DNA of 64,000 nucleotides from Candidatus Woesearchaeota archaeon (GTDB lineage Archaea > Nanobdellota > Nanobdellia > SCGC-AAA011-G17 > VGLX01): NCBI GenBank assembly GCA_964428965.1, contig CAYSAF010000002.1:20985-84984 (forward strand), given 5' to 3'. The translations under genes were made by a program, and so were the position numbers. The notes beneath the pieces were generated by a model, which was not told where the DNA came from, did no database searches, and saw nothing but the letters and a program-made list of their open reading frames with translations. Of the stretch, positions 1 to 10,704 are shown piece after piece; positions within the stretch are counted from its first letter, which is position 1, and each line of letters begins with the position of its first letter.

Positions 1-1
1 C

Positions 2-664
2 GTTGTTTACCTACCCCACTTCATAGACCTAGAATTCTGGAAACCGACAAAAAAGAAAAGAGAAGAGGGCCTGATTCTTTACGTAGGAGCCATAACGCCA
101 AACAAAGGGGTAGAATACCTAATAAAAGCGATGTCCGAAATACAGAAAGAGGTAAAAGAAGCAAAGCTTAGAGTAATAGGTGAGGGAAGCGAAAGAAAAA
201 AACTAGAGAAAAAAGCAAAAGAACTCAGAATAAGAGTAGAATTCACTGGAAAGCTGAAGCCAGAACAGGTTAGGGACGAATATGGCAAGGCACAAGTTCT
301 GGTAATGCCAAGCATATGGATGGAACAATTCGGAATGGTGGGAATAGAAGCCATGGCAACAGGACTGCCGGTAGTAGGAAGCAACATAGGAGGCATACCA
401 GACTGGTTAATCGATGGAGAAACAGGCTTCCTGGTAAAACCAAAAGACAGCAGGGACATAGCGGAAAAAACAATAAAGATACTAAAGGACAAAGAGCTGT
501 GGGGCGAGCTTTCAAAGAACGCTACAAGAAAAGCTCAGAGATATAACGAAGAGGACTTCAAAGCAGACATAGAAAACATATACAAAGAAGCTATAAATCA
601 GTCACGAAAAAAGAGAAGTACGAATACACAACCTATCAATGTTATAAGGGTCACGATAAGGTAA
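2..664 (+). CDS. GT4 glycosyltransferase (5'-partial)
   Basis: Frame is open back to the window edge (VVYLPHFID...LYVGAI...KG); C-terminal GT-B motif PSIWMEQFGMVGIEAMATG.PVV.S..GG. Confidence 0.9.
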   Translation, partial: VVYLPHFIDLEFWKPTKKKREEGLILYVGAITPNKGVEYLIKAMSEIQKEVKEAKLRVIGEGSERKKLEKKAKELRIRVEFTGKLKPEQVRDEYGKAQVLVMPSIWMEQFGMVGIEAMATGLPVVGSNIGGIPDWLIDGETGFLVKPKDSRDIAEKTIKILKDKELWGELSKNATRKAQRYNEEDFKADIENIYKEAINQSRKKRSTNTQPINVIRVTIR

Positions 665-2688
665 TAAAGCTTTATGGGGTTGTAAGTCAAAAGCAGGGTA
701 TGAGTGCCTTCAGGAACGTAAACTGTAATCATCTCATAAGAATTTCTCACTACAGGAAGATTATTACCGTCCACGTAAGCTTTCCAGTAAGGATGATAAG
801 CGAACTTAACAAAAACCTCGTTGTTAGGAACAGGGCTGTCAAATGAAACAAAAATGTTCCAGTCATCAACTATTGTTGTATTATGATTGGAAGGAACGTT
901 GAAATCAACCCAGTCAGGTGTATAATCTTTCAAAGAATAAACAGAAAGATCACCCTTTGAATATTCTTCAACAAAAAGGCTGCCAGAAAACCTTTTCTCA
1001 AGACCAGGTTCAACAACCAAAGCGTATTTTGCGTTGAAGGCAACCATGTTATTCCTCAACTCCTCTGCAGAGATATCATTAACATCCTTATCAAAAATAC
1101 GCATGCCAAAAGAAGAGGCCAACCTATCTATGGGGTAAGATGAAGAATCATACCAACCACCCACAGAAGGAACGCCAGTATAATAGCTGAATAAAGAGGG
1201 AAGATGCGAGGAACCAAGGTAAGGATCATCAACGTTGTGATAAAAATCTTGCAAAATAATCCTCGAATCAATAATGTTCAAAGAAATCCAGGATAAAGTG
1301 TCGTTGATATCCTCATAAAGAGGAGTCTCGGGAAGCGTAGCAACCTCATATTTTGAGGGAGTGAAATAGCCAAAATTTACCACCAAAAATATGAAGAATA
1401 CAACAAGCAGATAATTTTTTACAGAAAAAAGAGTGTTCAAAAAATAAGACTCTGAAAAAAACCTGTAGAGGTAAGAATCCCTTGAGAAAAGTGAGCTGAG
1501 CGCATAACAAGCAAAAACTACCAAGCTTATGTTAGCAAAAATCATGAAGCGGTAAAACTGGAAATTACTCAGGACAGGCAGAGACTTTATGCTGGGGAAC
1601 AAAAACCAGAAGCCGCTACCGAGGATTAAAGAGATTAGACCAAAAAACAGGAAAGATGTTAGGAAAACATTTTTAGATCTGGACCTAAAGAGCGAAAATA
1701 TGCCCAGAACAGCCATCAAGAAAATAAAAAATTGCGGCAGGGAAGAAACGAAATAGGAAAAAGCCATTTTTGATGACAGTAAAAAGTTGCCAGATGATAA
1801 CGCGCTAAAAAAATCCTGGGTTATAACCCCTTTCGGAACTGAAAATACGAGGGGCATAAAAGTCTTATAAGGAAGCTCATAAAGGTTATAGGTAGGGGGC
1901 CAACCGATATCCGTATCCAACCAACCAGCCATATCAAAAGCTGGAAAAACAAAAAAAGCAAGCTGCAGAACAGAGAGGACCACTAAAAAAACTGTGAAAA
2001 AAACCTTCCTGTTAAAATCCCTGCTGAAAACCCTCACCTTCTTAACAAATACGTGAACCAGAAAATACACCAAGATGAAATAAAAAACTGTGAAAGCAGC
2101 ATAAAGATGACCCAAAGCTATGAGAGAAAACAAAAAGGAAAGGAAGGCAGCCCTGCGAAACGTCAACCTTGAAAAGTAGACATCAAAATAGTGGATGAAG
2201 AGCAGAGCGAAACCCGCAGCCAGTATGCTGCCGAACATGCCGTTAAGAGACATAAGGACTACATCACGCCTTAGCATCATGAACAACAGGGAAAAAATGA
2301 AAGCAAAAATCTTGCTAAAACGGTAACTCAGAAGAAGATAAAGCATGCAGGCAACGAAGACATAAGAAAATAAAAGCACAATCTTAAACGATAACTCTAC
2401 AGAGATACCAAAAACAAAATGAACCAAAGCGATAAACCACTGATTGAGCTGGTATTTGGGGTAAAGCTGTATAGGGTAGCCTGCGAAAGCATCATTGGAC
2501 ATACCAGAAACCCAGCGGTGATTCTCAAGGGTTGAAATAAAGGCGTAAGACTGAGCCAAATGAATAGGGGTATCACCTGCTACTGGAGAGCCTAGTTTAA
2601 AAATAGGGTAGAACATCAAAAGGCCGAAAAGCATTAAAAATATGTAAGGAAGAGATTTTTTAAAAATATTAAAAAGAGAAGCTTTCAT
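598..2688 (-). CDS. Multi-TM GT-C/YfhO-like (6-pyruvoyl-tetrahydropterin synthase-related) membrane protein
   Basis: GDTPIH N-terminal loop, FAGYP..LY, many TM helices, C-terminal YHPYWKAYVDG...VPEGTH motif. Confidence 0.7.
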   Translation of the reverse strand: MKASLFNIFKKSLPYIFLMLFGLLMFYPIFKLGSPVAGDTPIHLAQSYAFISTLENHRWVSGMSNDAFAGYPIQLYPKYQLNQWFIALVHFVFGISVELSFKIVLLFSYVFVACMLYLLLSYRFSKIFAFIFSLLFMMLRRDVVLMSLNGMFGSILAAGFALLFIHYFDVYFSRLTFRRAAFLSFLFSLIALGHLYAAFTVFYFILVYFLVHVFVKKVRVFSRDFNRKVFFTVFLVVLSVLQLAFFVFPAFDMAGWLDTDIGWPPTYNLYELPYKTFMPLVFSVPKGVITQDFFSALSSGNFLLSSKMAFSYFVSSLPQFFIFLMAVLGIFSLFRSRSKNVFLTSFLFFGLISLILGSGFWFLFPSIKSLPVLSNFQFYRFMIFANISLVVFACYALSSLFSRDSYLYRFFSESYFLNTLFSVKNYLLVVFFIFLVVNFGYFTPSKYEVATLPETPLYEDINDTLSWISLNIIDSRIILQDFYHNVDDPYLGSSHLPSLFSYYTGVPSVGGWYDSSSYPIDRLASSFGMRIFDKDVNDISAEELRNNMVAFNAKYALVVEPGLEKRFSGSLFVEEYSKGDLSVYSLKDYTPDWVDFNVPSNHNTTIVDDWNIFVSFDSPVPNNEVFVKFAYHPYWKAYVDGNNLPVVRNSYEMITVYVPEGTHTLLLTYNPIKLYYLIVTLITLIGCVFVLLFFRD

Positions 2689-2823
2689 GCCGCTAATTAA
2701 CAGAGGAACTGTTTATAAACTTTCTTTTAATGTTAAGTAAACTTTCTAAGTTTAATAGAGTATACAAAAATGAATTCTTGGTTAATAGAAAATATTATAA
2801 ACAAACGCATACTTGAGGGCGTT

Positions 2824-3939
2824 ATGAATATTTTATTCGTTACGCACAGCGGAAGCACACATCACAGATTCATGGAACTCTACTCTGAAATAGCAAACAA
2901 AGTGGTAATTCTCGGATATGAAAAATATAAAAAAAATCTTGAGTTTGAATATGAACAGATAAGGGACAAGAGCAAAATAAAAGTCTATTACACACCCACG
3001 TTAATGAAATACCCAATTATGACGTCGAGAATAATAAAAAAAGAAAACATAGACCTCATAATATCACACTGCCCGATATCAGGAACAGCGGCAACGCTTG
3101 CAAACATATTCAAGAAAAAGAGGCATGCACTAATCCTGTGCATGGATCCTGTAGCGTGTTACAGGGAAGGCACAAAAGAAAACATCATAATAAGAACAAT
3201 TAAGATAGGAATATTAAAATTGCTGTTAAATATATCCTTCAGGAATGCTGAACTGGCAGTTGCGAGCACAGAGTTAAAGAGGCAGTCAGAAAAATACGGA
3301 GCAAAAAATATACTGATCATACCGAGTTACGGTGTCAGCAAAATATTCAAACCGGCAAAAAAGGATGAGGGTATAATAAAAAAATATAACCTAAAAGGAA
3401 ATAAAACTCTGCTAAGCATAACAAGATTAACGCCTGAAAAAGGCACAAAATATGCTATACTTGCGCTAGGTGAAATAAAAAAAGACATACCAAACACTAA
3501 ACTGATAATACTAGGCAAAGGGCCTGAAGAAGAAGATTTAAAGAACCTTGCACGAAAACTTAACATAGAGAAAGATGTTATACTTCTAGGACATCTAAGA
3601 TTTAATGAAATGCCAAAATACTATAATACGGCAGACGTTTACGTACAACCAAGCTTAAGCGAAGGATTGGGGCTGGCACCTGGAGAAGCAATGGCCTGTA
3701 AAAAGCCAGTTGTAGCAACCAACGTAGGAGGGATACCGGATATAGTGATAGACGGAAAAACAGGACTTCTTGTAAAACCGAGGGATCACATAGCAATAGC
3801 AGAAGCTGTGAAAAGAATGCTCATGGATGAGAAACTCGCAAAAAATCTAAGCGAGAACGGCTATAAACACATAAAAGAAAACTTCGAAGAGGACCAAGCC
3901 CTAAAAAGATTTGTTAATTTCCTAAAACATGGAAATTAA
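2824..3939 (+). CDS. GT4 glycosyltransferase
   Basis: MNILFVT start downstream of a TATA-like element; RL..EKG and PSLSEGLGLA..EAMAC.KPVVAT.VGG motifs. Confidence 0.9.
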   Translation: MNILFVTHSGSTHHRFMELYSEIANKVVILGYEKYKKNLEFEYEQIRDKSKIKVYYTPTLMKYPIMTSRIIKKENIDLIISHCPISGTAATLANIFKKKRHALILCMDPVACYREGTKENIIIRTIKIGILKLLLNISFRNAELAVASTELKRQSEKYGAKNILIIPSYGVSKIFKPAKKDEGIIKKYNLKGNKTLLSITRLTPEKGTKYAILALGEIKKDIPNTKLIILGKGPEEEDLKNLARKLNIEKDVILLGHLRFNEMPKYYNTADVYVQPSLSEGLGLAPGEAMACKKPVVATNVGGIPDIVIDGKTGLLVKPRDHIAIAEAVKRMLMDEKLAKNLSENGYKHIKENFEEDQALKRFVNFLKHGN

Positions 3940-4459
3940 AAAACTAAATCTAGGAAGCGGACTAAAACCGTTCAGAGGGTTCATCAACTTAGACATTAAA
4001 AAATACCCCGGCGTTGATGTGGTACACGACCTAGAAAAATTTCCATACCCATTCAAAGACAACACATTTGACTACGTACATGCGGAAGATGTCATAGAAC
4101 ACCTAACCAACATACCAGAAGTGATGAAAGAGATACACAGAATAAGCAAACCAGGTGCGGTGGTTGAAATAAAAGTGCCTTATTTCAGAAGCGAATCAGC
4201 ATTTGACGACCCCACACATAAAACCTTCTTCACATACAAAACCTTTGACCACTTCACAAACAAAATCCATCCAGAAGTACCCATGAAAATATACCTTTTT
4301 GATTATTTAAAAAAAGAATTTAAGTTCAGAAAAAGCTACAAGGTTATAGGCATAAGCCTGCTGGCAAAGAGATTCCCGCATTTTTACGAAACGCTTTTAT
4401 CCCACATATTCCCGGCAGGCGGTATGGACATAGTTTTAAGGGTGAGAAAACAAAAATAA
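3929..4459 (+). CDS. Class I SAM methyltransferase (type 11-like)
   Basis: LNLGSG motif I, PFKDNTFD...VIEHL...EIHRI.KPG, DPTH. Confidence 0.85.
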   Translation: MEIKKLNLGSGLKPFRGFINLDIKKYPGVDVVHDLEKFPYPFKDNTFDYVHAEDVIEHLTNIPEVMKEIHRISKPGAVVEIKVPYFRSESAFDDPTHKTFFTYKTFDHFTNKIHPEVPMKIYLFDYLKKEFKFRKSYKVIGISLLAKRFPHFYETLLSHIFPAGGMDIVLRVRKQK

Positions 4460-4511
4460 ATCAAACGACTGTCTTGATAAAAAAACATCCAGCAAGAATA
4501 TACCTTTAAAT

Positions 4512-5435
4512 TCATTCGTGTTTTGTATCGTATTTAAGTTTCCAATCCACGTATTCTTTTAACAAACCATCAAAATCTGTATTTGGCTTCCAACCAAGTT
4601 CTAAAGCCTTAGTATTGTCACATAAAAATTCATGAACCTCTCCCGGTCTCGGTTCCGTGTGTACCGGCTTCATACTGTCTTTACCAAATAACCTGATCAT
4701 TTTCGTGGCAAGTTCATTTATAGATATATTTTTACCCAGCCCAACGTTAAACTCTTTCCCCCAATGATCCCCTTTTCTAAGCATCAGCATGTAAAAATTG
4801 ATAGCATCCCTGTAATCCATAAAATCCCTTTTTTGGGTCCCATCGCCAAATATTACAGGTGGTTTATCAGCGGCGAGCCTATCTGCGAATTTGGCAATAA
4901 CCGCTCCCCATTTATCATCGCTTTGGTATTTGCCAAAAGTATTAAAATTACGAACTATAACAACAGGTAGCCCGTATGAATAATGATAAGCTTTGCATAA
5001 ACCATCTGCACCCATTTTAGCAGCAGCATATGGGCTCTTTGGGTGCATAACGTGACTCTCATCCATTTTTCCATTACTTTTCTTATCGCCGTATATTTCT
5101 GTTGAAGATGCGAAAATAACGGGAATATCAAGCTTTCTTCCTATTTCCAAAACTCCCAAAGTTCCTATTGTATTGACCTGTACTGTGTCTTCAGGGTCTA
5201 TTAAAGATTTTTCAACATTTATTTGCGCAGCAAGGTGGACTATGTAATCACAATTTTGTATTATGTTATAGTGCTTACTTATATTTCTAACATCCTCTTT
5301 TATAAATTCCCCTTTTCTAAACCTGCACGGGTGGGATAAATTGTCAATACCTATGACACTATGCCCTTCGCTGATTAACTTTTCCTTTAGATGCGTACCA
5401 ATAAAACCCTCAGAACCTGTGATAAGAACATTCAT
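4512..5435 (-). CDS. NAD-dependent nucleotide-sugar epimerase/dehydratase
   Basis: LITGSEGFIG, HLAA, SSTEIYG, SPYAAAK (YxxxK), GDGTQKRDF. Confidence 0.92.
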   Translation of the reverse strand: MNVLITGSEGFIGTHLKEKLISEGHSVIGIDNLSHPCRFRKGEFIKEDVRNISKHYNIIQNCDYIVHLAAQINVEKSLIDPEDTVQVNTIGTLGVLEIGRKLDIPVIFASSTEIYGDKKSNGKMDESHVMHPKSPYAAAKMGADGLCKAYHYSYGLPVVIVRNFNTFGKYQSDDKWGAVIAKFADRLAADKPPVIFGDGTQKRDFMDYRDAINFYMLMLRKGDHWGKEFNVGLGKNISINELATKMIRLFGKDSMKPVHTEPRPGEVHEFLCDNTKALELGWKPNTDFDGLLKEYVDWKLKYDTKHE

Positions 5436-5613
5436 CCATTTGCCCCTCTTTTTATGCCTCTAAAAAATATACCGATGCCATTTCTTACTCTTAAATATGA
5501 AACCTTTCTCACACCCATTACCCTTACGTTATACTTATTTAAATTTTTTGGTAATTGAAAACTCAATTGCTCGTATCGTGTTTATTGCTAAATTTTATTC
5601 GCGCGTTAAGAAA

Positions 5614-7182
5614 TCATTTAGGCACGAACTTCTTCCCCCTCATTATCTTCCAGTAAATCCTGTTATTCCTAACAAACTCGTAAGGCTTTTCCACCATGTA
5701 ATGCTCGAATAAAGGGTGAACTTTATAGGCAGCTTTTGAAGAATACAACAATGCATACATGAAAATCCTTATCAAAGTAGCACGGAACTTGTCACCGCTA
5801 TCGCTAGACTTCCTGTCTATAAACTGCTTGTTAACAAACCTTTCAGCCTCCCTAATCTTCTTCTTAACACTCCTGTTGTAGTTAAAGAATCCTGACTTGT
5901 CCAACATGCCGTGATCGTTAAAGAAAATCTTCCTAAAAATTGGTTGTGGATAAACTCTATCATAACCAGTAAACCTGTCAAGTTTCAACCACCAGTTCTC
6001 AAAGCCATAATTATCTTTGTAAGTTTCATAAATTTCTGTACCGGGATAAGGAACTAGGATGCCGCCACGCATTATAAGGTAGACGTAAGGGCTCAACTCC
6101 TTCATGACCTTTATGGTCCTATCTATATGAGTAGGCGTCTCCCAAGGAAATCCATACATGAAGGTTACTGTGCAGGGAAGCCCCAAGTCATAAGTCATTT
6201 TAACCACTTCTCTTGCCTTCTCAACCGTAAACAAAGGACCTTTTTTAACAAGCTTCAACGTTTCATTATCACCGCTCTCGATACCGTAAGTAATCCTGGT
6301 GCAGCCAGCAGCCTTTATCTCCTCTAAAAGCTCCCTGGTTACGAAATCAAGACGAGAGTGACAAGCCCAAGTAACACCTTCAAGCTCAGGCTCTTTCTTC
6401 AAAAGCTTGCAAAACTCCTTAATCCTCGCTAGGTTAATAGAAAAAGAGTCATCGATAAAGTTAAAATGAGAAACCCCGTATTTGCGTTTAAGAGAAACCA
6501 TCTCTGCTATAACATTCTTAGGACTCCTGAACCTGTAATGACGACCACCTATGATGTTACAACAAAAAGTACAGCTGTAAGGGCAACCCCTGCTTGTCAG
6601 GATTTGACCTGCGAAACAATCAACCTCCTCCTTTGTGCGAGCGTAGTCATCGATATTAAAAAGGTCACGAGCAGGAAAGGGTATCTTATCGAGGTTTGTG
6701 ACCAGTTTAGCAGGATTTGTAAAAACAACCTTACCTTCATTCTTGAAAGCAATTCCGTCAACATCCTTAAGCTTCTTCTTTCCCTCATAGAACTTAGCCA
6801 GTTCAAGAACCGTGTTTTCAGCCTCCCCCAAAGCAACTATATCAACGCCGTTATCAAGAACCTCTTTAGGAACTATGGTTGGGTGTGGCCCTCCTGCTAA
6901 AATCTTTATGCTTGGAAATCTTTGCTTGACCTTCTTTATCATATCATAGCTCAAAATAACCCTGTAACTCATCATGATAAAACCAACAAATGAGGGTTTG
7001 AACTTTTCAATCATATCAAGAATCTGATCATCGGTATAAGAAGCATGGAATGCGGAACCGTCAAAAAGCTTGACATCATACCCATTTTTCCTCAAAACAG
7101 CAGCAAGATAACCTACACCTAAAACAGGCGAGTTACTCTTAGCAGGAGAGTTGCTGTGTATGAAAAAAAACTTAGGCTTCAT
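5614..7182 (-). CDS. B12-binding radical SAM protein
   Basis: PVLGVGYLAA, GGPHPT, GEAE, TSRGCPYSCTFC, DDSF, GIESG. Confidence 0.92.
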   Translation of the reverse strand: MKPKFFFIHSNSPAKSNSPVLGVGYLAAVLRKNGYDVKLFDGSAFHASYTDDQILDMIEKFKPSFVGFIMMSYRVILSYDMIKKVKQRFPSIKILAGGPHPTIVPKEVLDNGVDIVALGEAENTVLELAKFYEGKKKLKDVDGIAFKNEGKVVFTNPAKLVTNLDKIPFPARDLFNIDDYARTKEEVDCFAGQILTSRGCPYSCTFCCNIIGGRHYRFRSPKNVIAEMVSLKRKYGVSHFNFIDDSFSINLARIKEFCKLLKKEPELEGVTWACHSRLDFVTRELLEEIKAAGCTRITYGIESGDNETLKLVKKGPLFTVEKAREVVKMTYDLGLPCTVTFMYGFPWETPTHIDRTIKVMKELSPYVYLIMRGGILVPYPGTEIYETYKDNYGFENWWLKLDRFTGYDRVYPQPIFRKIFFNDHGMLDKSGFFNYNRSVKKKIREAERFVNKQFIDRKSSDSGDKFRATLIRIFMYALLYSSKAAYKVHPLFEHYMVEKPYEFVRNNRIYWKIMRGKKFVPK

Positions 7183-7234
7183 AAGTTACCACCTACAAAC
7201 TGATATTTTTAGATTTAAATAACTTTTTATGGTG

Positions 7235-8803
7235 TTAAGGTTCTAAGAACCTCCTGAAAAACTTTATACGACCAAGTAAGTTATAGCCGAACTTCTTCTG
7301 TATAGCATCTACAATCATCAGGTCCTCTTTTGAAAATGCCTTTGTGAAAAAGAGGAATAAGAGGTAAAGCAATGAGGCAACAAGTGAGAGTATGACAATT
7401 ATGTAGATGCTAACTGTATTAACAAAGAAATTAAGCACCAAGAACGTAACCAGGATTGCAACACCACTTCCAACCAGACTCTTTAAGAAATAATGCAACT
7501 TGAAGAATTTAACATGAGCAAAACGGTAACTCTCAACAAGGATAAGGATGCTCAATAAGATGTAAGAAAGGGAAGTGACGAACGCAGCACCGTTAACACC
7601 GTATCTGGGAATAAGGAATATGTTTAGGATGGCAGCAAAGACGGTTACAACCAGATAATTAAAGAAAATGAGCTTAGTCTTCCCCACAACCATCAGAATA
7701 TTCTGAAAAGCCATGGCAGCGGAGTAAACGAAAAAACCTATGGAAAGCATGATTAGGGCTAAGTAACCAGCAGAGTACACCTGACCGAAAAAAACCCCGA
7801 GAAAGTCTTTAGAGAAAAAGAGGATCAGACTCAGGGGCAACAAGGTAAGGATAAATATCCATTTAGTTGTTATCTGACAGATCGATTCAAAGGATGATTT
7901 CTCACCTCTTGCGTAAAGCTCTGTTAGTATAGGTAGGAACAAAGCCAAAAAGGCATAAGGGATTAACAAAATAAGCTGGGCTGTGGGGTAGGCAGCATTA
8001 TACACCCCCACATCAGAAGCGTTCTTGAAGTAACCAAGCATCCAGGTATCGATAGAGCCGAGAATTATTATGAAAAAACTGCTAAGAACAAGGGGCCAGG
8101 AGTAAGAAAGGAGCTCTTTGTTGATGTAAAGAGGAACCACCTTACCCCTGAATATAGGATAAACCTTCTTCTCAAGAAAATACAAAGTGAATATGAAGGC
8201 TAAGAACACTGCAAAGACATAAGCAACCGTGAGGCCTATAACGCTGACACCAAGGTAAATGAGAACAGCGCTGAGAATTAACTTGGAAGATGTTTCGATT
8301 ATGTTTCGAGTGTAAACTTCGTACTGCAGCTTCTGAAACGCCTCGAAGGCTGCATAGAAAATGAAGTTAAGAGCTGCAAGAGGTATTACCAAAGCAACCA
8401 ACTTGAATATCAAGCTTAGCTTATCGTAATCTATATGAGGAAAAAAGGTTTGACTAATCCAACCAGAAAAGACAAAGAACAGGAAAGCAATCAGCAAACC
8501 AAGGAACAAGGTGACTCTTGAAGCAAAAAGCACAACCCCCCTTATGTGAGAATCGTCTTCTTTACCCCGATAATATGAAACGTACCGCAAAACACCGTTG
8601 TTCATTCCAAGGGTTGCAAAAATCGCTAGAAACCCGATAAAGGAAAGACCCAAGCTGAGTATACCGTACTGCTCTGTACCGGTCCTAGCAATCATCAACC
8701 TATAAAAATAAGTAAAAAGCTTAGAAATAATCAAGCCAGCTAGATAGATACCAGCTCCCTTCACCAACTCCTTCAGAGGCCTTTCGATGGTTTTCATATT
8801 CAA
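7235..8803 (-). CDS. Oligosaccharide flippase (Wzx/MOP family)
   Basis: About 12-14 TM; YGILSLG, IDTWMLGYF...VGVYNAA, LNIFLIPRYGVNGAA. Confidence 0.9.
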   Translation of the reverse strand: MNMKTIERPLKELVKGAGIYLAGLIISKLFTYFYRLMIARTGTEQYGILSLGLSFIGFLAIFATLGMNNGVLRYVSYYRGKEDDSHIRGVVLFASRVTLFLGLLIAFLFFVFSGWISQTFFPHIDYDKLSLIFKLVALVIPLAALNFIFYAAFEAFQKLQYEVYTRNIIETSSKLILSAVLIYLGVSVIGLTVAYVFAVFLAFIFTLYFLEKKVYPIFRGKVVPLYINKELLSYSWPLVLSSFFIIILGSIDTWMLGYFKNASDVGVYNAAYPTAQLILLIPYAFLALFLPILTELYARGEKSSFESICQITTKWIFILTLLPLSLILFFSKDFLGVFFGQVYSAGYLALIMLSIGFFVYSAAMAFQNILMVVGKTKLIFFNYLVVTVFAAILNIFLIPRYGVNGAAFVTSLSYILLSILILVESYRFAHVKFFKLHYFLKSLVGSGVAILVTFLVLNFFVNTVSIYIIVILSLVASLLYLLFLFFTKAFSKEDLMIVDAIQKKFGYNLLGRIKFFRRFLEP

Positions 8804-9855
8804 AACCTACTGTAAGACTTTTTACCCTTCAACCTAGAAGAAAATACCCTCCCAAGTTTCCTAGAAAGATAGTAAGAAAGCTTAACAGGCTCATTAAAAC
8901 CCGGCCAACCATAACCCTCATTACATTTGGCACACATCTCATTGTTTCCAAACTTATTGGTTATGTGTTGGTGCCTTAGCGTTCTCATGTTCAAGTTATT
9001 CCAAACATCCTCTAAAGACTCCCTTTTCAAATCACCAACGACATACTTACCGTCATAGTCGTAACAGCAAGGAACAACGCGACCGTCCCAGAGTACAGTT
9101 AAGTAATGCCAAGGGGTGAAACAGGGATATATGCTCTTCTCCTTAATCATCTTCGAAGTAGACTCGTCAGCTAGACTGAGCAATGGGTTGATACCAAAAC
9201 TGGAAAACTGCTTTATGACAGTGCCATCAACCCCTGGAATTTGCCATTTCTTCCTAAAGGTGTCAACTTGATTCTTTGTCAACTCCATGTAAATCAGACC
9301 AACTTCTATGTGTGGCTTGTCTGATTTCCTCTTAACCTTTAAATCTGCCAGGTACTCTATGTTAGAAATAGCTTTGCTGTAGTTTGCGCCAGCACCCCTA
9401 ACCTTTTTGTAAGACTCGTCATCAACAGAGTCAAGAGCTATGTAGAGATAATCAACCCCAGAGCCTATCACCTTCTCAGATATTTTTGGGGTGAGGAGTG
9501 TAGGGTTAACAGAAAAATAAACTTTGATGCCCTTCTTGTGGCAGTAATCAACAAAGTCAAAAATTTGGGGGTGCATCAACGGATCACCAAAATGAAGCAA
9601 CTCTATATACTTATGATAAACCTTAACCTGGTCGATTATCTTTTTGAACAACTCAAAGCCCATATTACCCACCTTCCTTTTCATGTACTGGCGAGGGCAC
9701 ATCACACACTTCATAGGGCAATTGTTTGTAGGCTCAAGATTAAGGATTAGTGGCTTGGAGTGAACCCTTTCAGACCTGCTAAAATAGGACAAAGCCTGGG
9801 CCAAGAAAGTGTAACCAACCTTTACTTTATTCCCTAAAAAAGATATTTTTTTCAT
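8800..9855 (-). CDS. Radical SAM/SPASM(twitch) protein
   Basis: EPTNNCPMKCVMC, GDPLMHP, C..PW....V.WDG.V.PCC.D, C-terminal CAKC. Confidence 0.9.
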   Translation of the reverse strand: MKKISFLGNKVKVGYTFLAQALSYFSRSERVHSKPLILNLEPTNNCPMKCVMCPRQYMKRKVGNMGFELFKKIIDQVKVYHKYIELLHFGDPLMHPQIFDFVDYCHKKGIKVYFSVNPTLLTPKISEKVIGSGVDYLYIALDSVDDESYKKVRGAGANYSKAISNIEYLADLKVKRKSDKPHIEVGLIYMELTKNQVDTFRKKWQIPGVDGTVIKQFSSFGINPLLSLADESTSKMIKEKSIYPCFTPWHYLTVLWDGRVVPCCYDYDGKYVVGDLKRESLEDVWNNLNMRTLRHQHITNKFGNNEMCAKCNEGYGWPGFNEPVKLSYYLSRKLGRVFSSRLKGKKSYSRF

Positions 9856-9930
9856 ACAGAGGATAGAAAAAATATTAAGTATTTAAATAACCTTCTATTC
9901 AAATTTGGAAAGATTAATATAAGTGGTGTA

Positions 9931-10704
9931 ATGAAAAATAAAGAGATTTTTATGAAAAACATTATGATAGTGGCAGCCCATCCAGATGACGAAGCGATAG
10001 GATGCGCAGCTAAAATAATCAGGACGGTAGCGGAAAAAGGGAAAGTAACAGTCGTTTACATAACAGACGGGGAATTCTACGAACAGAGTGAAGCAAGGAG
10101 GGAGGAAGCAAAAGAAGCGATGAAGATAGTCAGAGTAAAAAATCTTGTATTCCTCAAACACAAGGGTTCAGACTTAACAGATAAAACGTCTGTGGATAAC
10201 CTAATTGAAACAGTAAAAATGCTAATAGAAAAAAACAAAGCAGGCGAGGTTTACGTACCAGCATTCGAAGGCGGAAACTATGAGCATGACATAACAAACT
10301 ACATAGTCAGCCAAGCAGCAGAAGGGTTGAAAGAAAAAATCTTAGTCTACGAGTTCCCGATGTACAACAACAAGCTGAAGATGTTCCTAAAAAGATGCAC
10401 GAGAAGGGCAAGGCGGCTAAGCGGATTAGGATTCTACACATTCCCGCCAGAATTCCCAAACAAAAAAGGAGAAACGATAATTCTTAATATGAGTCCGGAA
10501 GAAATGCAAATAAAAAAACAAATGCTAGAAACATATAAGTCACAAAACGGGAACAAAATCCTGCTAAAATGTTACATGTACCCTGACAAGTACAGGGTAT
10601 GCCCAAAACATGATTACAGAAAAAAACCGCACGGTATAATACCATTGATCTACGAAACAAACACAAAGTTGAGATTCAAAGACTTCAAGAAGGTGCTGAG
10701 ATGA
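9931..10704 (+). CDS. PIG-L/LmbE family N-deacetylase
   Basis: AAHPDDE, ITDGE, RREEA, EH, YKSQ motifs. Confidence 0.85.
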   Translation: MKNKEIFMKNIMIVAAHPDDEAIGCAAKIIRTVAEKGKVTVVYITDGEFYEQSEARREEAKEAMKIVRVKNLVFLKHKGSDLTDKTSVDNLIETVKMLIEKNKAGEVYVPAFEGGNYEHDITNYIVSQAAEGLKEKILVYEFPMYNNKLKMFLKRCTRRARRLSGLGFYTFPPEFPNKKGETIILNMSPEEMQIKKQMLETYKSQNGNKILLKCYMYPDKYRVCPKHDYRKKPHGIIPLIYETNTKLRFKDFKKVLR

